The notes beneath the pieces were generated by a model. It did no database searches. It was not told the DNA's origin and worked only from the letters and a program-made list of their open reading frames with translations. From Trichomonas gallinae (taxonomy: Eukaryota), in contig MRSU01001653.1 of NCBI GenBank assembly GCA_008369845.1, positions 1 to 46,591 of the forward strand: a stretch of DNA of 46,591 nucleotides. Direction: 5' to 3'. This document shows positions 11,701 to 20,700 of the stretch, piece after piece (positions within the stretch are counted from its first letter, which is position 1; each line of letters opens with the position of its first letter). A program made the translations under genes and the position numbers.

Positions 11701-14700
11701 AGTATTGATTTTAGCGAGATTAATCGGACAAGATTTATCAACTTTTGCTGGATATGGATAAGGCATAAAATTAAGCTCTTTGACATCAATACTGTCTAGT
11801 TCCGATTTCTTAGAAACATATTCTTCTATTTTGTTTAATGTAACTTGAATTCTTTCGAATGTCGTTTTTAGATCATCAATATATTTATTTGTACACTCCA
11901 TTTGATACTCTTGATCGACTCCCAGTTTTGCTTTCTTGATAGATAGCAATTGTTTTTTGAAGACTTCTATAGGTGTTGATTCATTTGCAAATCCTTTAAG
12001 TAAATCTTGGATTTCTTTGAATTCTTCAGTGCCGAAATTGATTTCCAAATTCGAAACACTTGATATGAATCCTTTTTGTTGTTCTTTCGGGAGTTTGTCA
12101 AATTTTTTCAAATAATTTTGTAAATATTGGTTGAAATCTGCTTGTACAGGTTTTGATCTTGAATAAATTTCGAGGTGTTTGATTTCAACATCACAATCTT
12201 TGAATTCATAATTATTTGGATCTTCAGTTAAATTGAACCTGAAAATTACTAAAGGATGCATGCACATTAAACTGCGCTGTTCGTTTTCTTGGTATACAAT
12301 ATCGATTGAAGGGGATTTTGGATTTTTCTTTTTAACAATAGCGATTGAATATGTATATGAAGTTGCATAAACTTTAGAGTCATTAGCATTAGCAATCAAA
12401 GCATCATTCATATAATTGTTAATGGTTTGAAAATCTATTGTTGGATTAATAGCTGGTGCATTAGCATAAGGAAGCATATTGACATAAAATAGTAATGAAT
12501 TGGAATATTGCTCCCATTCTTTCATTACATTTTTGTTAACTTTATTTTTGTTGTAATTTTCGCAATCTTCGATGACTGCTTCCATAAAATTCTTATATAT
12601 ATTCTTTCTGTTAACTTTATTTTCAATCTCATCATTATAAACTTTGATATGCATATCGTATTGAGGTGATAATGTAACTTTTGTATCCTTAATGAAATTA
12701 ATGAAAGCTTGCAATGGATTCCAAATTATTTCTGAAGCCCAATCTTGATCTTTATCATGAAAATCACCTTTCTTTTTGCTGTCAGAAATTACAGAATCGA
12801 ATAATTGTGGAGTAAACCTTGAATAAATCGTATTCAAAAAAGCTGGAATGAAATTCAGCAAAGAACTGTTTTTTTCTAATGAATATTTGGCAATAGATGA
12901 TATGCATCCATTGAATAATGCTGAAATTGGATTAGTCGGGGATGCAACTGGAATATTGAGAACAATATCAAAAAGCGTATTAATTGATTTATATGAAAAA
13001 TCGTAAAAATCTGGTAATAATTTTTGCCCGAATTTGTCGAAGATTTTTGATTGTTCTGGATTAGTTAAAAACTCATGAATATCATTTTGGAAACCAATTT
13101 TATGAGTAATTAAGAAATGTTCCACTATCTTTGGTATTTTTTGAACAGATAAATTTAGATAATCAAGCTTACGATCCTTTTGACTGATTATGTATTCACT
13201 CACTGTTTGCTTGTCTGTTAAAATCTCTTCAAGCTTTTCTGCAAGACTATTTTCTGTGATTGCATCAATGTAATTGTACATTTTAAGCATATATTGGTAT
13301 GGTCCAGAAAACAATTGAAATGCGAAATTTTGAATGGAAGGTTGAACAACTTCTGGATCATCAAATTCAATTTTGATGTTTGTGATGTTTGCGAACAATC
13401 TAAAAATCATAAAGCCAACAGTGAATTGGTAATTTCTATTTTGATAACTTGACTTCAAAAATGTTGTCATTTCTTCGTTGTATTTCATTAGGATAGTGTG
13501 TAATGGTATTAATTTGTCTAAACTTCTGTTCTTGCTGGAAGAGTTTATTTGAATGTTATAAATTATTGAATCATAGAAATTCAGCTGTTCATTTTCCTCT
13601 TTTCTATAAATTTTGATAAACTCCTTCAAGTTTTTAATATTTCGAAATTGTTTTCTGTTTAGGAAATCAAGCGAATCTGGAATTTCCTGGAGTAATTTGC
13701 TATGCTGATTCATGAATTCTTTGTTATCTTTCAAATTAAAAACTTCTGGTGCTGTTTTAATAAATGCTTCAATGACAGTTGGCTCACCGAAATTTGGGAA
13801 TTCAAGTTTTGTATCAGGTGGAATTTCTTTCAAAACTTTTTGGATTGTTTCATACCATGAATTTGAAACTGGCTGGGAAACATCTGCAAACGTATTGAGT
13901 TCTTTTATCATTTCGCTTTCAATTATTAAATTATTTCTTAGCTTCAATTTTATCATTAGATCCTCTGTGACTCTTAATTCATAGCTTTGGATTTGATCTA
14001 TATCGTCAATTATCTCTAAAACTTTACCTTTGAAATCCGGATAAAATTTTGTAATTTCTCTAAATGCCAATAATGATCTTGTTGATCTTATTTCAAAGAT
14101 AATTGCTTTCAAGTATGAATATCTAGAGATTTGATAAAACCAATCAGTATCAGATTTGTTCTTTTCGTCAACAAAAAGGTTTCCAAACGATTTGACATTA
14201 TATTCTTTCGGTAAAGAAAATGGAATCTTTGCCAATGAAATGAACTTGCTGCAGTCAAAATTAGAAACATTTTCAGGAATTATTTCATCAATCAGCCATT
14301 TAATGACCTGATAATTATGTTGTTGAGTTTCAACATATTCAAGAAGTGGCTGAATGAGTAGCTTCTTTTTAGAACATTTTGAAGCAGGTTTTGGTATTGT
14401 TTTGAACCTTGATAAATATTCTTGAAATTGAATAAACAAATTTGCAAACTTGAATTGTTTGAAATCAAGTTCACTCATATCACTGATGAAATTTTCCATT
14501 CTCAATAAAGAATTGATTAAGATGTGATCTTTAGGATCGAATTCTTTTTTAGTTATGTCTAAAACTCGACAGATTTGCTTGAAAATTAATTTCCACATTC
14601 TAAATTCATGGATATTTCCTTTGTTGATTAATTCACATGAAATCTGGAATGCTTGATCATAATAATTATCAATTGATTTCCAATCATCTTTTGAATTAAA

Positions 14701-17700
14701 CAGTGATAAATAGCAGATCGTTTTATCGTTTTTAAGCAATAGATTGAATTGATTTGAATTAATTGAAGCTGGTTTGAATTCCAATTTATTAATTGCAGTT
14801 GTTGGATTAAATGTCTTCAAGAATACAATGAAATCAACTTCGAAGTTCTTGAAAGAGAATTTCCTCTGACCATAATCAACACTATCTAATTTACCTTCAT
14901 TATATATGAATAAGATTTCTCCTGGTTGAATATTCTTATTTTCAGCAATATCAACAATTCTGATTGGATGATCTCTCTTAATTTGATTGAACATTTTAGC
15001 AAATTGGTATTGAAATGAACCAATATCAAATAATTCTAATCTGAGTTCTGAAATGGACAAAATATATCTTATTGTGTTTTGAATGTTATCACAATTATCT
15101 AAGAGTTTGTAATATTTGTAATCGTTTGATGAAATTGTTGGAGGGAAGAGTCTGAAGTCCATAATTGCTGAACACTTTGTCTTAAAGTTATCAATTGCTT
15201 GGTACTCACCTTTCTTTATTGAAGATAATGATTGATTTGCAATATTGACTTGAGCATAACCTGTGATATCATTGATAAAATCTCGAATGAAAATCATTGC
15301 ATCTAAAGCGAACATTTGTTCACTTGAGTGAATCATTGAACTTTCCAATATTTCATTAACTGATTTTTTAATTTGAGAATAATTACTGAATCGAATAATG
15401 AAGAGTTGTGAGATAAAAGTTTCGAGTTTAAATTGCGCGGATTTCTTGCATTCTTCGAGATATTCAATTAGGGTATCCAAATCTGAGGAAAAACTATCAG
15501 ACAATTTATATTCAATCTTTGTGATAAAATTCTCGTCGACTTCCCTGTTGTACAAATCTTTGATTTCTTTTTCATATTTTGTGAAATCAATGGAATGATA
15601 ATAATTCAGGAAGAGAGATTTGATAATAATATTAGTATCCAAAGATTCATTTCTTTCTGATGCAGAACACATCAAAGATCTTGCTAATTTGATCAATGTT
15701 CTCCCATCAATTAATGGATCTCTATGTTCTCCATCTTTAGTCTTCTCGATATGGAAATTGGTCATTCTTGCAATAAAGTTCAAGAAATTCTTTCTCTTGA
15801 TTCCAATCTTGGAAGCATCGATGCGCCCAAAAATTACAGTGAAAGTGCTGATGTCATTGATATCTATTGGTTCTAGATTCATTATATAGCATCTATTCAA
15901 AAAGTTTTGTGGAATTCTAGATTTTGATGATGAATCATATGGATTATATGTCATAAACAATCTGAAATTGTTGTGCGCTTCGATTGTTATGTATTGTCCG
16001 TTTTCCATTGTAGTGATTTTTGGTTTCGATGAAAGTAAACTATTTAATTTGTCGAAAAAACTGGGTGGAGCTGCTTCAATTCCATCCAACAAAAGCCACT
16101 TTCCGTTCTTCATAGCATCAACAACTGGTGAATCATGTTTTTCGATCAAATTGTAGAACTGACAATCATTCTTGATTTTGTCAATTAAATTGTTAATGAT
16201 CAAAATTTTGTCTGGTTTTAAAGTTGGATTTTCAGATACGTATTCATTCATCTGCTCGCAGACAGCATCAAGTGCTCTTGGTGTCCATTCAATAATTGGG
16301 AATTCATTCTTCAAATCACCGAGTTTTTCAAGCTCTTGATTAATTTCGTCACGCTGAGCTTGTCTTAATTCTGATAATGGCTTGAATCCGCCAGTAATAA
16401 TTGAATCACTTGTATCTGCATTCAACTGTAAAACAGTTAAACTCTTTCCAGCAGCTTCAGCGAATAACTGAATGCTATGTGTTTTTCCTGATGCTGTTGG
16501 TCCCATTGCAATTATTGGGATGCTGACTGAGTTTATAGCATCCATGATTGCAAAGAAATCTTTTTCTGATGGCGTGAGATTTGAAACAGCGGTTCTTGTG
16601 ATCTTATCTTCAATGAAGTTTGGATATGGTTTCGAATTAATGAGCATGTGTCCATTATCGATTTTGATTTCATTTTCATTTTGAATATTTATGTCTGCTT
16701 TCATTTTAACGAAATTAATCAGATTTGCTTTGATGTGTCCATATTGTGATTGAGCTTCATTAACTAATTTCAAGTAATTCTTGAATGTCCTAATAGTTAT
16801 CTGCATCTTGAAAATGGAATCTTTGGAATGATTCTTCGCATCATAAATTAATTTTGTAAGTTCTTCGTTTGTCTTCGGAACTTTTGAACAAATCTGAAGA
16901 AATTCATTCTTATCATAGTCATCTTTATGATAAATAATTGTGTTCTTCATAATTGAATCGTTGAAAATTGATTTACTTGCAAGACCGAAGACCATAAAAT
17001 CTGACTTGTGAATATTGTCTCCATTTGGAAGTGTCACTGAGTCTGAGTCTGGATCAAAAATTGGGGCAATAGCGTCTAAAAGTGAATCTGATGCACTATC
17101 AATGCCTTCGAAAACAATCCAAACCTTGCCTTTGTTTTTGCTGTAGTCAATCTTTTCAACTAAATTTGTTGGTTTGAAACCAAATAATGAGCCATCTTCA
17201 GTCCTTGTTATTTCGTTTTGTCCGAAAATGTTTTCAACTGTTGTAGATCTTGATATTGGAATTGATAAGATTTCAACATTATACAAAGACGCGAGATATT
17301 TAATGGTAATTGATTTTCCGCTGCCATTTGGTCCAATGATTAAAGTTGGAAAATTAATGAAAGCAGCAAAGAAAAGATTGAAAACCATCTTTTGTATTGA
17401 TTTTGTGAAAACAATTTTGCTATAAATTGGAGTCTTAGGGGTTGGAATTGATGGGAATTTATTTGGAGACTCAATAATTGCTGGAGTAATTGTTAATGGT
17501 GTTTCTAAGTCATTTGCTTGAATTTCTAAGTTGATGTAGTTGCATGCATGAAGAGCATATGAAAATGCAAGTGTTTTAAAGTTTTCAAGATTCTTGAGAT
17601 TATGGGCTGATTGCAAAATTCTTTTTCCGACTCTGTTAATAAGCATTTTCTGATTTGTGTTGAAGGTTTTAGAAACCTGAGTGAATAAATCATAAAAATT

Positions 17701-20700
17701 GTTGCTCAAAATGTATTGGAACTGATTCTCTTTGTATTCATAAGTTTTAATGACTGTTAATCTTGAAAGCATAGCTTCAGACAATTTGTTCTTTTTCTCT
17801 GGAGTACAAATCGCAATGACTTTGAAATCAAGATTTTGAAGTTCAATTCTCTCATTATCTGGAGGCACCAAGGTATTTGTGTAGTCTTCTGTTAATGTCA
17901 AAATTGGATTGTTCGACAATAATTCGTTTAATCTTTCAATGACTGAAATTGATGGTTGTGTGAAATTTTTCAGGATTAATGTCTTTTGTTGTAATATACC
18001 ATCGGTTATAACACCTGGCCTAAAGAATGTCGAATAGTTTGAAATAAATGAGGTGTTCTGTTCTGAGTTAATTTGTTCTGTGATGTTTGATTCGATTTGA
18101 GAAATAACTTTCTGGATTTCGTTTTTATCATTTTTAACATTTTGTATGAATCTATTGAACCTTCTATGATCAAATCTTCCCTCAAATATTTCATTTTTGA
18201 TTTCTTTTCCTTCTTTTAATAGTCCGTTGTTTCTTGGTAATCTCGAAAGTACATCCATCAGCATCGAAACTATTGATTTCCTGTCTGCTAAAATAATACT
18301 GCCAATCAATGATTGTGTTGTTGTATCTGTGTTAAGATTGACAACTCTTGTGTTTGTAGACGAATTTATTGCAATGTATTCTTTGTATCCTGATGGACCT
18401 GTTAATAAAATTGACTCTTTAGGATGAGTGATTTTCATGTTGAAATATGTTTCCCAGAAAGGAATCAGTTGTATTGGAACATCAACATTTGGTCTTTGAA
18501 CATCTAATCTCAAGTTTCCTTTCCTCATGACTAACTTTGAATCATTTGGTCTTATTTCAACCATAACTGGGCTCTTTAAATTCTGCTCCAAAGTTCTGAT
18601 TTTCACTTGATAATCTTGGTCAGCTTGATTGAAAAATGATGATGAAATAACTTTCACGATTTCGCGGATTGTTTGTTGATCTTCGTTGTGAATATTTAAG
18701 AGCATGAAAGCAGCATGGTCATATAATTCAAAAGTAATATTAGGAGCTCCATCAGTTTGGAAATAAAGGAATCTATTAAACAGTCTTCTCACCTCTCTCA
18801 ATGACCATGGATTCGATTTTAATAATCTCGATTTTCTAATTGAAATAACTAAATTCTTTGTTTGCTCTAAATATTGTATCAAGTCTTTTGTTGGATCCAT
18901 TTCGATCATGATACTCCTAATGATTTCTTTCAAGTCTCCTTCGTCCAGTTCTGGATAAGGAAGTAAAATGATTTTTGACGAAAATTCTGGAGGCAAAGCA
19001 TTTCTTCCCATCATTGAAATATCATTTTGGCAACCAATGAAGAAATAATTTTCGTGAACTTTGATTGTCTCTTCGTTATTCGGAAGTTCATATTCTTCTC
19101 CTGCTTGGCATTCAACAGCTGTTCGCAGAGATTTGAGAACATTCGTGTCAGCAAGATTCAGTTCATCTGCAATGAAAATACATCCGTTTGATATTGCTTC
19201 AGCGAGTGGACCTTTCTTGGTTTGAAAGTGCCGACTTGAAAATGATACATTTCCATATAAATCGCTGATGTTTGTTTCGTTGTTAAAAGAAACCTTGAGA
19301 ACTTTTGTTTGCAAAATTTCTCCTAATGCTTCAGCAGCCGATGTTTTTCCAAAGCCAGTCTGAGACTGAAGAACAACATGATATCCTAGATGATACATGC
19401 AAACTAATGTGGCAATGAACTTCTTTAAGCTTTTTGATGTTTTGAAATGAAATGTTTTTGGATAATTTTCGATTTTTGAAATGATATGTTTCACGAATTC
19501 ATCAGGAATTTTGTCAAAGTTTGGATTCAAAAATGTCCAATGGAAGAAACTTGAAATCAGCTTTCTGTCAATATTAGGATAAACATTTATTAGCCTCTTG
19601 AATGTGTGAACCATTTTGATCAAATCTTTTGCCGATATTTCATCATTTATTTTACTCAATAATATTTCTATAATTTCTTCATCATCGAACATCGAATGAA
19701 CATAATGTTTCATGCTCCTCTTTAAACTTTGAGCACTTTCGAATTGATCATCAATATATATGATTGCAAATCTGTTGATTAAAGCAGGTGAGATCTGCTT
19801 CATTGTTTCTTCGCTCGCTGTTGCAACGACTCTGAAATCTTTGTTTAATTTGATATTTTTGTTCTCAGGTCTTTCGTTGATTGGAAATTCGTAGTTAGGA
19901 TCGTAAAGATTATCCAGTAATGGGTTAATTCTTTCAATAACTTGGCCGGGAACATTGTCGATGTTATCTAATAGTAAAACATCGCCATTTTCGATTGCTT
20001 TGACGACTGGACCGTCAACCCAGTTGATCGGCAAATTGGAATGAAACTCGGTGTCTGATTTCATTGCGTAGCTTCCAATTAGGTTTTGATTTGTTGTTTC
20101 TGGTGTGCAACTCAGTGTTATTGGTTGTTTCCTTTTAGGATGAACGTATTCAGCAAATAATTTTGCAATTTTTGTCTTTCCTGCTCCTTTCTTTGAGACT
20201 AAGAGTATTGGTCTCGAATTCATAATGCAGAGAATATTCATCATTGATAATATGTTGATTAAAACAGGATTCATTATGCAATCTTCACATTCTAATTGAA
20301 ATTTAGGTAATTTGTCAAGCTGTACATTTATTTTACAATTTGTGAGTTCCTTTGACAATAATTCTCGCGATTCTGAGTTGAATCCAGCACAATAGGATAA
20401 ATATATTGCTAATTCAGGTGTGATTGATTGATTTATGTATGATAATGCATATATTATATCTCTTACAGTGAAGTATCGGTTCATATTTTTGTTTTTTACG
20501 AAATTAATACAAAATTCATGGAAATTAGTGAAATTTTCGACTGATATATTGCCGAGTTTACGTTGATCTGCAAAAATAGAGATTTCTTGACGGTCAAACT
20601 TGTTGAAATTGATTTCATTAAATTTTGATAAAAATTTTTGAGGTAATCTATTTCTGTTTTTAATAAAATCCTCTTCTGCAGGATTCTGTGTAGCAACTAA

